In this document: positions 40,801-53,399 of the stretch, piece by piece
How the letters are laid out: every line of letters starts with the position of its first letter
How positions within the stretch are numbered: position 1 is the first letter of the stretch
DNA from: Fimicolochytrium jonesii
Lineage: Eukaryota
Length of the DNA stretch: 64,000 nt
Direction: 5' to 3'
Assembly: GCF_025526975.1 (NCBI RefSeq)
Contig: NW_026515670.1
Coordinates: forward strand, 1,612,001-1,676,000
Notes under the pieces: model-generated
Told to the model about the DNA's origin: nothing
The model's input: only the letters and a program-made list of their open reading frames with translations
The model's database searches: none
Made by a program: the position numbers and the translations under genes

Positions 40801-41746
40801 GCTCACACCCCAACCCACTCACGTGCCAACCTTCGCGTTTGGCATTGAACCATTTGCGGTTTGTTAGGGCGGCGACGACACCCGCGACGGATTACAGCCC
40901 ATATCTCGACGGTAAACGTCCTCCTTTGCCTGCATCTTGACACTACACAGCCTCACATAATACTCACATCATCTCATACATCATAGACCTTGTAACATTC
41001 ATGAACGTCATCATCACTTCCACCCTCGTCAACCTGCCCTCGCATATGCGCAGCGGCGTGTACCAAGGGGCGTTCAAGCATCTCGCGACCTCTATACATG
41101 TACGTACATCATTCTCATGTTTGTCTTCGCCGTTATGATCTTGCGTGATGTTTGATGACGTAGCTGATGAAACTCCTCCTTCCATCCCCGGCCACGATGC
41201 AAAACAGAACCTAGTCCTAGCACCGACCGTAAAACGCGTAACCCTCCCCGCGATCGACACGCTCGAGAAGGACGTCGCGTTCGTCGAAAAGTTCATCGCG
41301 GGGGTGGGGGAGGGTGCGCTGGGGGAGCCGTTTGCGCAGTTGCGGCAGGTGCGGTTTGCGAAAAACTTCCCAGTTTTCATTCCTACCAGATACCTCTTGG
41401 TGATTGACCCCCAAATGCTTTTTTGCTTTTTGCTTAGACGGTCCAACTGCTGAAATCGGCGAATATCGAGGATATTTTGAACGCCGGGATACGCGATCGG
41501 AGGTATAACCGGATCAATCTCGACAAGTTGGCTATTTTGCTCGAAAAGTACCGTTCACAACTCTCCCCTTGTTCATCCGTGTGTGATAAAGAGACTAATG
41601 GATTGATGCCTTTGCTTTTTTGAAGGATGAAAGGCGACTCATCCCTCTTCGCCAAATCCACGCCGGCCGAAAAGGCGCAGCGGAAGAGCATCGAGGTTGT
41701 CTTGAAGGGGATCAGGGCGGGGTCATCGCCTACGCGGGCTTCTTGA
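37867..41746 (+). CDS. SEC15: Exocyst complex subunit Sec15/EXOC6 (many exons)
   Basis: KEAEIEKMCTFHYQEFVQSVDQLLKVR; INFRPLYQCLHIH; VVGFFIVE; LPFS; QILVNLEWFE; DDFLEMAEYDW. Confidence 0.93.
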
Positions 41747-42873
41747 GGACGATGTCTGTCGTTCGATTGACGCATAGCCCCTCAGCGCATAGCTCCTGAG
41801 ATACTTGCCCCTGGATAGCCAAGGGTGAGACATGACGAGTCAAAGCCAATGCGAGACTGCTGCTCTCCTGCACGTATCGACGAGATCGTGGTTGCACAAG
41901 CAACTGAAAGAGCCACCGGGAAAGCAGGCCGTCCATCTGACCTCGGAATGAGTTTCAGCGTGTACAGCGGTAGATGTGTTCGAGAGCTGGACATCCACCC
42001 AAGGAAAGTGGCTGTGGGAAGACGGGAGGAAACCTCGGTCGCCGGGGGGTGCGTCGCAGGGCTGGGACGGGCAAGCGCAGAGCTGTGGGAGAGACTTATG
42101 ACAGCGGTTTGAGTTCTCAATTTTCGAGGTTGGCAGCGGTGGCAGGGCAGACCTCGTCTTGTTGGGCCGCGGCGGTTATAGTAGCTAGGCGGTTGGGGCT
42201 CTAATCGATTCGGTCACCATACGTACTGTACATACATACATGTACAGGTAGCCGCTAAAAGTAGTCTCTTCTCAACTTCCCCCCCCCCCCCCCCTCCCTG
42301 GAAATCTGGAGATCTGGAGAACATCAGTGATTGCGCTTCGACACCTCGACATCACAAATCAGGTCAGGGCGGTAACATGGTTCAGTAGATGGGGTGCCCA
42401 CCACGTCTACTGCAAAGGGCAAGAATTCAGAGATGTACATACGGTCCCGGGGCACCCGCTGGAGCTGACCTATTCCTGCACGTAGTCCCTTTCTTTTGAA
42501 CTGAGCGTGCGCCGACATGTGGCGGACCCAAGGGACGGATGCCGCTATGTTCCCGAAAGAAGGAAATGCAAGGGGCTCTCCACGAAAGCGGAGTGCACAG
42601 AAGCTAGAAGCACGTCTTAGGTAAGCGCATTGACGCGTTTCCGACGCCGTTTGACGGGCGTGCCGACGCGGCCTTCTCTCTCCACCAAAAACGGGATTGG
42701 GGTGAGCCACATGTGAATGGGAACAGAATACATCGTACGGGAATAATAGACAGTCAGATGTTCTGCTCCGAGAGTATAAAGCTAGAAACTCTAAACGTTT
42801 GCGCCGGCGCGAAAGCCTTTTTTGTTCCTCGTGCCGTCGCAAAAAATCCTGAGACCCAGTGCGAGATCTGAAG

Positions 42874-44877
42874 ATGGCTGCTATAACTATTCGCTCCATG
42901 GTGGTGAACGCCTTCTTGATCTATCAGCTTGCGGTACACTTTGCAAGCGCATCGCCATTATACGCTGCAAAGGGAGGGGTGCATCGTCGGCTGTTTCCAG
43001 CTATTGGTAAGATCCCATTTTGATACGTTCTTGACGTGTCTTATATTCTCGATCGAATTGTGGGACTTACAGCATCTTTCACAGAAACTCCATCGGCCGT
43101 CATACTTACACCAATCGCCGGCTCCCCCACCCTTCTTCCCATTCCCACCCAAACCCCCACATCAACGCCATCAGAAACCACATCCGCAACTCCATCCGCA
43201 ACACCAAGCCTCGCCTTCCAAAACTTCATAACCCGCCGAGGCAACAAGCTCTACGATGGTGATCAGCAGTTCCGCTTCGTCAGTGCCAACACACCCGGCC
43301 TGCTCATCAGCGAAGATACGCCGGGCATCCGTTGGGTCGTCCCCCCACCGTACGAGCAAGACGACTTGATGAGATCTGTCGCGGGGATTGGTGGACTAGT
43401 TGCGAGGACATACACTTTGGGCGTGCCGTACCATATTGTGGGACCTGGGGTATACAACGAGACTGGATTTGTGGGAATGGATAATGCGATCGCCGCGGCC
43501 GGGCGGAATGGCGTGAGGTTGATTGTGCCGCTGATCAATGAGAATGTGAGTGCATTTGGGTTGCGGCGCTAAGGGGGGAAGATATCATTCTAGTTTTCAC
43601 TGCTAAGTCGGACAATCATAACAGCTTTCCGCAGGAGAAGAGAACACGTTTCTCATTGGAGCGTACAGAGATCTGGCCGCGTTCCGGGGATTGGAGGCCG
43701 ATGTCTTCTACACCAACGACACACTGAGAAGCGATTTCAAAGACACCATCACTTATGTACTAAACCGTGTGAACACCGTCACTGGCATTAGGTAAGGTCC
43801 CAAACGCAAATACAACGGATAGGCAGTGGGCACAGTGAGCTGATCTAAACGTTTTCCCTCCTCTCCTTAGATACGGAGGTAACGCGAATGATCAGATGCC
43901 GTGGGAATGAAGCCGGAATTGATCTATTCTCAAACCACAGACGACCCAACAATCCTCGCCTGGCAGACAGGCAACGAACTCGGCTCATGGGAAAAGCCAC
44001 CCGCCCCCGCAGACTGGCTCCTCGACATCTCCACCCACATCAAATCACTTTCCCAGTCACTCGTCATGGACGGCACCATTGGCGGCTCCTGGCGGTGGCA
44101 GGGCATCGACGTCCCCACCATCGACATCTACGATTCGCACCTATATGGAACGAATGATACCAAGTCACTGCGCGAGGATGCGGCGTTTGCGAGTCTGCAC
44201 GGAAAGGTGCATGTGATTGGGGAGTATGGTTTGACGGATCCGGTGGTGTATGATACGTATATGGATGAGAATATTAACAACCCGAACATCACGGGGAGCT
44301 TGATCTGGAGTTTGAGGTGAGATACGCCTTTGCAGAGGTGCGGAGCCCGATTGCGAGGAACACTGAGTCATTTGTGGACAATCACAGGGGACATGCGAAC
44401 GGCGGCGGTCTCAACGTCCACTCAGAAGGCAAAAACGGCACATCGAACGAATACGAGATTGTGTCCTACCACGTTCCAGGCCTGCCCCCAAACATCCCCG
44501 ACAAGATCGGGCCGGAGGAAACCACGGTCATTGCTGATCTGCGCAGGCACGCTCTGGCCATTCAAAATTTGCCCTCCACCACCCCGTACCCCGCACCCAT
44601 CGCGCCTGTCCTTTTGACTGTGACCAACGGGCAGTTGACGTGGCGAGGGAGCGCTTGGGCGGCTTCATATACGGTATTCAGAGGGAACTCCACGTCGTTC
44701 AACGGAACGGAGACACCGCTTGCGATGGGTGTGCTTGATAACGTCTCGATAGGCGATGTCGTGACACGAGGATATCTCTGGGCGGATGCATCCTTCGTGG
44801 CGGGGATGGAAGTGCATTACGCCGTGCAAGCGGTTGGGGTGGGAGGAGACTTGAGCCCGCTGTCGAATGTCATTTGA
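42874..44877 (+). CDS. Secreted GH5 endo-beta-1,4-mannanase-like glycoside hydrolase
   Basis: Signal peptide; S/T/P linker; FITRRGNKLYDGDQQFRFVSAN; VLNRVNTVTG; DDPTILAWQTGNEL (acid/base); HLY; VIGEYG (nucleophile); LIWSLR. Confidence 0.92.
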
Positions 44878-45263
44878 CGAAGCATCCGGCCGAAAGCAGT
44901 AACATGACACGGACATTCGTTGGAAATGAGGGAGAAGTGTACCATATACATTATCGAGCCCATGTATTTATCTTACAAATATACACAAATACACATCCCT
45001 TGATGGCGTATTGATCTGCATCGTAATCCCCTCACCAATCCTCCTCAGCTGCGTATTAATCTGCATCGTAATCCCCCCGCATATAATTTTCCATGCTGCG
45101 GATGCGTTTGGGCTTGAGTGCCGTGATTGCGTACGTCGGATAGGTGCCATTGCGTGAGGAGATGTGCATGCCGATTACTATATGCTTTCTGTCGGGGTGA
45201 AGGCAACGCGCGAGGAGTGGCTGTGATGGTGGTGGTGGTATGAGGCGTGAAGGGGAGACGTGG

Positions 45264-46184
45264 TCACGGCTTTCCCCACACGGCTTTCCAATCGGCTGAG
45301 CGCAACAGGGGGAGCTTGCACTTCATGACATTCGTATACTGATGATCATCCCCGTCGTTAAGAAACGTTGCCAATACAATGCTTAGCGCGATGTTATGGC
45401 GAGCATTGACGGCGGTCTGGGGATCATCCCCCCATAATTCGGTTACTTCACCCACAGCACCACGGGCAATGGCATCAGCCATCATGCACACAAATGTACC
45501 GCAGTTCTGGTCGTCTGTCTGTCGAGGCGTGAAAAGGGCAGCAATATTCGGCGTGCTATTCAGTGTGTGCTCGAGATTGACGGGGATTCTGGTGGCTGTG
45601 ATGTACCACTTCCACAAGATGGAGCCGATATTGGCCATCTCATCCACATACTCCTTGTCGTTTGGGCGTGGCTTCGAGTCAAATAAAACGAGATATATGT
45701 TTTTCCATCTGGTTAACAATGAACCAGGGCCGTTAGGTCCCTTATCGTGCTTGGGGGGGCGCAGGGGTTTCGCGGACTTGGGCACGGGTACTGCGACAAG
45801 AGCTTGCTTTACGGAAAAGAGCTCAGCTTGCAAGTCATCTCTCTGGCCGCGGAGCATGTCGACTGTGTTTGCCAGTCGCTCGACGAACTGTGATATCCGC
45901 TTTTCATCATAGGTAGTGTCTGCGGTGTGGGAAAGTGTTTGCGTCATGGATAGCGTTTGCACCGTCGACCGTCTCCTCAATCTGCGTCCAGCATGGAGAG
46001 GTCGACGCCCGCGCAGCCGCCGTAGAGGGCCACTAACCCATCGAGGGTAAGGCTTCCATTCTTCCATTCTTCCATGCGTGCCTTCTCCTTCTCTTGAAGG
46101 GCCCTCTGCCTGACTAGATGATAGTAGATGAGGAGCAAGGATCAACAAAGATACATGAGGAACCGTTTCCTTCCATAGACTCAC
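45264..46184 (-). pseudogene. ORF with partial Ulp1/C48 peptidase-like C-terminal region
   Basis: LVLFDS and PRQTDDQNCGTFVCMMADAIARG resemble Ulp1 D and Q-x5-C motifs; upstream catalytic His (HW) not seen. Confidence 0.5.
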
Positions 46185-46322
46185 TTATATTATATATTCT
46201 TCTCAAGGAGACTACTATGTGGACATGTGTGCAGGCGCTGCATGAACGTAGGCGGTTTCCTTTTTCGAATGGCTTGGTAGATGCGCCGAACGCGGGCCCA
46301 AAACCAGCTGTAGAACAGCGCC

Positions 46323-47135
46323 TCAGTCATCCCAATCTACGACGAAGTCCGAGGTATGCACCTTCTGGACAGGACTCTCTATCAAGATGTCCTTAATCAT
46401 TCTTCCAGACTCCAGCGAGAGTTCTTCTCCAAATTCCAACCGGCGCTCGATTTCCTGAGGGTCTAGGTCGCTCGACACGACGGTTACCAGATTGACATCA
46501 ACGACGTACTGCAATAGACCAAGTTTAGCGTCGACGAACAATGCGTTCCGTGTCGCGATCTTAGTCCAAGGATCCACAGCTCGGTAATCTGCCAGGATGG
46601 CGAGGAGATGAAATCCGTGCATAGGCCCGGTAAGCAGGTCCCAGACATAAATCAATTCTTCCATAGTGGTGTGACTCGGTACTCCAGATAGGCTGTTGTC
46701 CAACTTTCGAAGTCCTCCGTTGACTGCAGCGAGAACGTCACCTAGGCCGATAACTGCTGAAGATTCTGTATTGCCATCGACTTGAACCAAGAATACTGGA
46801 TCGAGTACAGTTTTTTCAAATTGTCGAAGCCCAGCTGGCAGGTTGTGCACGGATCCTGCCATTTGATGACTTCCGTTCTCGGGCAGCGGTGTGGGGCAAA
46901 GCTTAATGCGAGCGTGTAGATCGTGATGGTCGGGAGCGGAACAACGGTACATTCCTATGAGCGGGCTGTTAGTAAAGGAACTGTCGGAGCCTGCCCTGTT
47001 CCAAAACGAAAACGAACCTTGAACACTTCCTTCGGGAATGCCGATTGCACTAGCGGCCCAAGACTTGCTTCTGCGCAGTGTCCTAGCGGGTTTTTTAACG
47101 AGATTCGAGGCGATGTTGCCGGGGGTAAAAGCCAC
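46323..47135 (-). CDS. Intronless orphan ORF (270 aa)
   Basis: Long ORF with globular-looking C-terminal half; no family recognised. Confidence 0.3.
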   Translation of the reverse strand: MAFTPGNIASNLVKKPARTLRRSKSWAASAIGIPEGSVQGSFSFWNRAGSDSSFTNSPLIGMYRCSAPDHHDLHARIKLCPTPLPENGSHQMAGSVHNLPAGLRQFEKTVLDPVFLVQVDGNTESSAVIGLGDVLAAVNGGLRKLDNSLSGVPSHTTMEELIYVWDLLTGPMHGFHLLAILADYRAVDPWTKIATRNALFVDAKLGLLQYVVDVNLVTVVSSDLDPQEIERRLEFGEELSLESGRMIKDILIESPVQKVHTSDFVVDWDD

Positions 47136-47541
47136 GGGCCCGCAGCGCTTCCGCCCGTTGCTTTAGGATGTCCTCCTCTGTCGTTTCCTGTCGGCTGACC
47201 GCGAAAAATATCTGCAGCCGCGAGGGCGAAGATCTTGACGTCGTAAGGGTTTCGGCCGGCTTCTGTTGCTGATTTGCGGATGCCCGCAACGATTTTCTTG
47301 AGGTGCTTCTGGCTGCGAACTCCCTGGCGGACGGAAGCGCAAACCGCCACTTAAACCGGCGAGTGCATCACGTGAGCGCGCGTGCCCTCCTTCCGCTTAC
47401 GTAAATAGAACCGTGTTGCTTTCCTTCGTCTCCGAGTCTCAACGCTCGCTGTTGGCTTCCAGTTTCTCAACTGGGCAATTGTGTGGGCTAGTTCGCAGAC
47501 AACTCCCTTTACACCCCCGAACCAACAACCCAGCCTCCAAC

Positions 47542-49140
47542 ATGGCACGAGGCGGCGCAACCCGCGCCCAACGCCAGTCCCAGATCCAACACTCGGCAAA
47601 CTCCGCCGCAGCCTCCCACCGCCGCAACAGCAAACGGCCGCACGACGAGGACGACGACGAAGATAACAACTCCCATCGACAGGTCACCAAGAAACGTCCC
47701 GAAATCGTCTCCATCGACCACGGCGGCGACGGAGGGGAGGATAACTTTGAGGACGACTCGGATGATTTTGATGACGAGGAGAGCGGGGATGAGGAGGACG
47801 AGGACGACGAGGAAGGGGAGGGTGAAGGCGAGAGTGGGGGCGTTATGGCCATGTTGAGCAATATGGGACGGAAGGGGTTATTGTTGAGGGCGCAGGCTGC
47901 TGAAATGGCGAATGAGGATGAGGAGGACGAGGACGAGGACGACGACGACGAGGATTTGGAGGGTGCGGAGGGTGAAGAGGAGAGTGAGGATGACGATGAG
48001 GACGGTGAGGGCGAGGAGTTGGATGGTGAGATTATTGAGGAGGAGGATCATGAAGAGGAGGAGGAGGAGGAGGAAGGGCCGAAGAGATCGGCGCCACCGA
48101 AGAAGAATAAGCAGAGGGTGCTTTTGCTGAGTTCTAGGGGTATTACCCACAGGTGAGGAGTTATTACTGACCCCGCTCGGGTAAAGTTCGACGACTGGAA
48201 GCCCCATGGACACCCTGACTTACGCACCCGTCTCCCCACACAGACACCGCCACCTCCTGACAGACCTGCACGCGCTCCTCCCGCACTCGAAAAAGGACGC
48301 CAAGCTGGACAACAAGCACAAGCTTCACGTCCTCAACGAGCTTGCGGAGCTCAACAACTGTAACAACTGCATCTACTTTGAGATTCGGAAACACACCGAC
48401 TGCTATCTATGGATGAGCAAGACGCCCAATGGGCCCAGTGTCAAGTTTCATGTGCAGAATGGTAGGTGCTGCGCCGCTAACAAATATCTGTTACTATAGC
48501 CTAGCATCACTTTGCTAACCTCCTCAAAACCCTACAGTGCACACAATGGACGAACTCCGCATGACCGGCAACGCCCTCAAAGGCTCGCGCCCAATCCTTT
48601 CGTTCGACAAGAACTTTGACCTGCAGCCGCACCACCAGCTACTGAAGGAGATGTTTACCCACATCTTTGGCAGCCCGCGCACGTCCCGCAAACTCAAACC
48701 GTTCATCGACCATGTGCTCAGCTTCTCCATTGCGGATGATAAGATCTGGTTTAGGAATTATCAGGTAAATATCTGTTCGTTCCGCCACCATTGGTCCATC
48801 GTATCATACCCCTTAACTCCACCCCTCTCCCTCCCTCCTTTAGATAATTGAAAAACCCTCCGACAACCCCAAAAAGAAATCGACCCCCGAACTAACCCTC
48901 ATCGAAATCGGCCCCCGCTTCGTCCTCGCCATCAACCGCATCTTCGACGGCTCCTTCGGTGGTTCAACCCTGTACGAGTCGCAGACGTTCATCTCCCCCA
49001 ACGCCGTGCGGAGGGCGAAACGCCAGGAGTTGAGCGAGACGTATAAACGCAGGAGGGAGACGGAGGAGAGGAAGGAGGTCAAGAGGGAGTTGTTGAGGGG
49101 GGTAGGGAGGGATGAGATTTCTGAGGGGGTTTTTGAGTAA
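47542..49140 (+). CDS. BRX1: Ribosome biogenesis protein Brx1 (Brix domain)
   Basis: NKQRVLLLSSRGI, LLPHSKKDAKLD, PNGPSVKF, HTMDELRMTGN.LKGSRPILSFD, KIWFRNYQI, EIGPRF; long acidic N-terminus. Confidence 0.97.
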
Positions 49141-49454
49141 GGGTTGGGTAGAGGGGGGGCAGGGGGTGGGCACTGAAGGAGGTGTAAAGCAGCGTAGCGT
49201 CAGGATTAGTTTCCAATTCTAGACACACCCACGCTTGCATAATCCTATCATCATCATTATTTAAGAGCATAAAGTACCATTGTGGCGTAGGTCCGGTATT
49301 CCGAATGCGATCATCATTGGGGAGTCTCAGAGAAACGGGAGGGTTTGCTGTCTGATTTATACGCCGGTCTTGCTTCTAGAGCTGCCCGCTCTATCTACCT
49401 ACCTACTCTATCACCACCCCCCTGCACATCTCTCATGCGCCCAAATTCTCCCCT

Positions 49455-50369
49455 TCAGACCTCCCTCCCCTCCCAAAATTTCCCATCAACCGTCTCCCCC
49501 ACATCCCCCGTCTTCACAACCGTCTCCACCAACCCATCCACATCCGCCACCCTCCACCTCCACCCCCCTTCCTTCTCCTCCCCACCCCTCAACCACGGAC
49601 TCACAACCCTGACCCCCACCCCCTGTCTCGCATCCCTCAACACCTCCCTCCCGGCCCCATCAACAACAACAAAGACAACAGGATCAGTAACCCCGACGTC
49701 AACGTGGATGTACACCCCCGCGCGCATCGCAGCCTCCAAAACCATCTTCTGCCTCGCATGTGTCGTAAACACCCCATCCGCATGCGGTACAACGACCCGC
49801 AGCACGCGCGACCAATCCTGCGTCGTGTGTGTCGAGGGCGGGGGGTACGGCCCGTAGGTGAAGTGCACGGATGTGACCTCCACGTTCAGGTGTTTTGTTG
49901 GGCCGGGGAGCGTGTATGCTACATGTAGACCGTGGGATCGTAAACTGCGGAATGCACCCGCATACTGCCCCGCCAGTGTGCGCGTCATCACCCGCCTCAA
50001 CCCCTCCTCGTCACCCGCGACATCCGCATCCCCCAGGTTGGCGTAAAACTTGGTAATTGATTCCGCGATATCCGTTTCGAGGGCGCCGGGGGCGGTGTAT
50101 TGCGGGAGGAGTTTGCGGAGCCGGGCGAGTGCGAGCGTGCGGAAGTACGGGGTTGTGAGGCGGGAGAGAAGGGTGGGTGGGGCGAGGCGCGGGGGGGAGG
50201 TGCTGGGGAGGTGGGGGTAGGATGAGATTAGGGCGGGGATGGTTGAGGAGGTTGATTGGGGGCGGTGGTGTGGGAGGGTGTGCCGAGGGAGGCTTGGGAG
50301 GCGAGGTCGGGTGATTTTTGTCGTGGGCGGTCGGAGCTGAAACTGGCGAAGGGGATTCAGAGGACGCAT
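49455..50369 (-). CDS. Putative mitochondrial protein, possibly Tim44-like fold
   Basis: Arg-rich presequence-like N-terminus; intronless ~300-aa ORF; C-terminal WRWRVADVD. Confidence 0.5.
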   Translation of the reverse strand: MRPLNPLRQFQLRPPTTKITRPRLPSLPRHTLPHHRPQSTSSTIPALISSYPHLPSTSPPRLAPPTLLSRLTTPYFRTLALARLRKLLPQYTAPGALETDIAESITKFYANLGDADVAGDEEGLRRVMTRTLAGQYAGAFRSLRSHGLHVAYTLPGPTKHLNVEVTSVHFTYGPYPPPSTHTTQDWSRVLRVVVPHADGVFTTHARQKMVLEAAMRAGVYIHVDVGVTDPVVFVVVDGAGREVLRDARQGVGVRVVSPWLRGGEEKEGGWRWRVADVDGLVETVVKTGDVGETVDGKFWEGREV

Positions 50370-51032
50370 TGCGGAAGGGGAAAGTCGGTTTGATGGGGAG
50401 ACGCAGTTGAGAACGCAAACGAGGCGTAACGTTTTGTTCGGGATCGAGTCCTGCACGGAAATAGGTGGCAGCGCGCTCCATGCTCAGCGCTCACGGTGGA
50501 TGAGGCCGAATCATCCATCGCCTCATGTCCCAACCCAATCATCTTGGCTACAAGTCTGGCTACAAGTCCGTCCGGCAGGGTCGTCTTTGGATTGTGACAG
50601 CATTTGACGTCCAAAAATGAAATCCTCGTTGTTCATCACACATCGATGCAGATATTGTTGATACCCTTAATCGCTTCGAAGGCCCGCAACGATAAAGCAA
50701 AGATCATGCCACTAGATGCGTGATGTTTCCAAAATATCCACAACCTACATGCCCCCAGACAAAGGCGTATATACAGGTGAGAGACTACTCTAAGGCAAGA
50801 CTTGCTATGCGAATTGTCCAAGCCGTAGGTTGACAGGTGAGGGGGTGGAGGTAAGGACACCAAGTCTTGTGGACATCCGGTTGAGCTACGCCGTCGATGG
50901 AGCTACTGCTCAATCTTAAAATTTAGCGCGTACAGAAAGTGGATGAGAACGGGGCATCCAACACTTATGCATCGAAGAAATCCCGATGCATGCACGATGC
51001 CAGATCATTCATATTGTCCGAACGACTGCAAG

Positions 51033-53399
51033 TTATGTACCTGCGCGTCTAGAACGTCTCTTCGATTCCCGAGTACTTGCAGGGCTAGCTTCCGCTTCCG
51101 CAGATACGTTCACCAACTCGTCAACATATCGTTTCCGTTTCCGCGGTGTTTCGTCATCTTGTGGTGTGGAAGGCGTGCCATTTCCTCCATTTGATGCACC
51201 CTTGTCTTGGAGAATCGGTGCTTTGATAGCATCAATGACCTTCGACACCCCATTCGAGAGCTTCGGAGCGATATGATCGGCGTACGTTGCCAGTTTGTAC
51301 GTGAAGTTCTTCTTCCGCCCCTGTTCTCCGTCTGATGTTGAGCTTCCGTATGCAGACAAAACCGTCGGGACCTTGGATCGGTCCTTCACAATGATATAGC
51401 AGCTCTCCTTTGTCAGCTGATTCACACTGATATCACCAAGATCCTCAAACTCTTGTTGCACATCGTGAAAGGATACTGCTTGGGTGAAGCCTGATATGTG
51501 GAACACGTTCGAGCGGTCTGGCTCTGGTTTGGGCGATAGCGCCGAGGTTACTAGTCAGATCTGATTCGCCATCGAAGAGGCAGATATGGCGACACTTACC
51601 TTGCTCCCCGTCAAGATCAAAGTATGGCATGTCCGATCGCATCATGTGGACTTTGTTGGCCGCTGCTGCAATACTCTCATGACCCCACGATATGCGCTCG
51701 CCAGCTTGTAAGTCGGTGGCCACCCCTAGTAGTTTGCCAAAAATCACCCCGGTGACATATGCGTCGTACCCAGCCTCATGGAGGTTTTCACCCTCGGTGT
51801 CGTAGGAAGCGTACTCCGGGTGAGGCACTACAAGTACATTGTAAGGGCCTTGCGGTGAGGTTGCAGATCCTTGATACCAAATCACCTATGTGTGGATGCT
51901 CAAACGGTACGCGCGCCGTTCGTTGCAGGACATCGTTCAGGGACGATCTCATGATCAAAGGCTTTATCAAAGGACATGATTTAGGAATCGGCATTTGAAG
52001 ACGCGGTGATAAGCGGGCGGTCAGAACTTACCTGCAGCTTCTCATTTGAATGCGCTAAGTGCTTGGTATCGTATATTCTGCATGAAAAGCAAAGACTTGA
52101 ACACCTCTACCCCATGCGAGGCTGAAACATGCCAACGTACATCGGAAACAGTTCCGAGAGATCCTTTCGGAAGTCCGCAACGTCCTCCGGGAGGTTTTTG
52201 TGAAACGACTGAAATGTGTGCAGAAGGTCTGTTCCTCCATTAGCGGCGGTCAAACGGGATAGAGATGCGAATACGCGAGAGAGCATACCGAGCATCATGT
52301 TGTGCCCGACAACGGGCTTCCGACTCTTGGATATCAGGTCCAGGACCTTCCTAAAGCCCACCAACTCTGCAAGTTCGTCCTATTCGGGAGTTGGGCATCA
52401 TGATTTGCATTGGCACGATCTTAAAGCTCAGATAACTCACATGGAGCATTTTACTTCTCTCAGATGTTCCTTCCCTCCTCTCCTCGTCTGTAAGCTTCCG
52501 AATATGCACAAAACTTTCAACGCCATCCGTTTTTAGCGAATCCTTATACCTACGAGAATGAGTGCGAGGTGCGAGGTGTTGGCGAGGTCAAAGGAGCATA
52601 CTTTTTCCGAACTTCCTGATGCACAAGTCGCCTATGATATCGAGTTGGTGCGGAAACCGTCACAGTCTTTTCAATCGAAGTTTGCAGCCATGTATGTATA
52701 GCGTCCCTGGACAAAATAAATCGGTGAGCATCGCGGCTTATTATGAGGCTGCGATTTCGCATCTGTGCTTCTCACATGGTCGTATCGACAAAATCCTGGT
52801 TTTGGCCATCTATTGCGATGTCTTCGCCGCTCAGAGCCATGCCGATTTTGTGCATTGCTCTCTCCTCCTCATCAAGGTTGAGGTACGGGATCCCTAAGGA
52901 ATCGCAAGCTTAGGTTGGATGCTTTGGGACTGGGATGTGCCAAACCGGTCAAAGCTCACCTTGCGAGATCCATTTGTTAAAATCCAGTTTGGACTGTCGC
53001 AGAAATACTAGCGAGCCGGCCTGGCAGGTAAACTCGCGGTCCAGACCCAAAACTCGGCTGCCCACGGCCGGAAATACGTAGCAGTTGAAGGGCTTAGCTA
53101 CATATTGCTTAGCGGCTGCATCCCAAGCGAAAGTAGAGAGCCCAAACTGTATGGGTACGTATGATTGAGTGGATCTTTTCGACTTGGTGTACCGGTCTTG
53201 CGCAGTGTCCAGGTATTCGTTTGGGTATCCAATTCCAAGGCCTGTCCCGCTTTCTCAGTGAGATTGCCCAACAGGACGTGAGCTGTGCTCGGTAAATCGT
53301 ACCAGTGAATTCCGCGTCGATCGCAATGAAGTCGGCCTCCTCAATGGCATCTTTAATCTTGGGCAGAAAGGCCTCTAGGTTGTTACGCAGTACCTCCAT
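51033..53399 (-). CDS. PARN: Poly(A)-specific ribonuclease PARN (CAF1 family, DEDD)
   Basis: FIAIDAEFTG, QFGLS, PFNCYVFP, R3H-like YHRRLVHQEVR, VGFRKVLDLIS..KPVVGHN, LHEAGYDAYVTG, C-terminal RRM-like region. Confidence 0.93.

Noticed and set aside
42324..42899. 191-aa minus-strand ORF
   Set aside because: Overlaps the mannanase promoter and start antisense; no motif
45008..45078. Two-copy ~27-bp direct repeat (also an 18-bp duplicate at 57150-57193)
   Set aside because: Simple local duplications near 3' ends with no further structure
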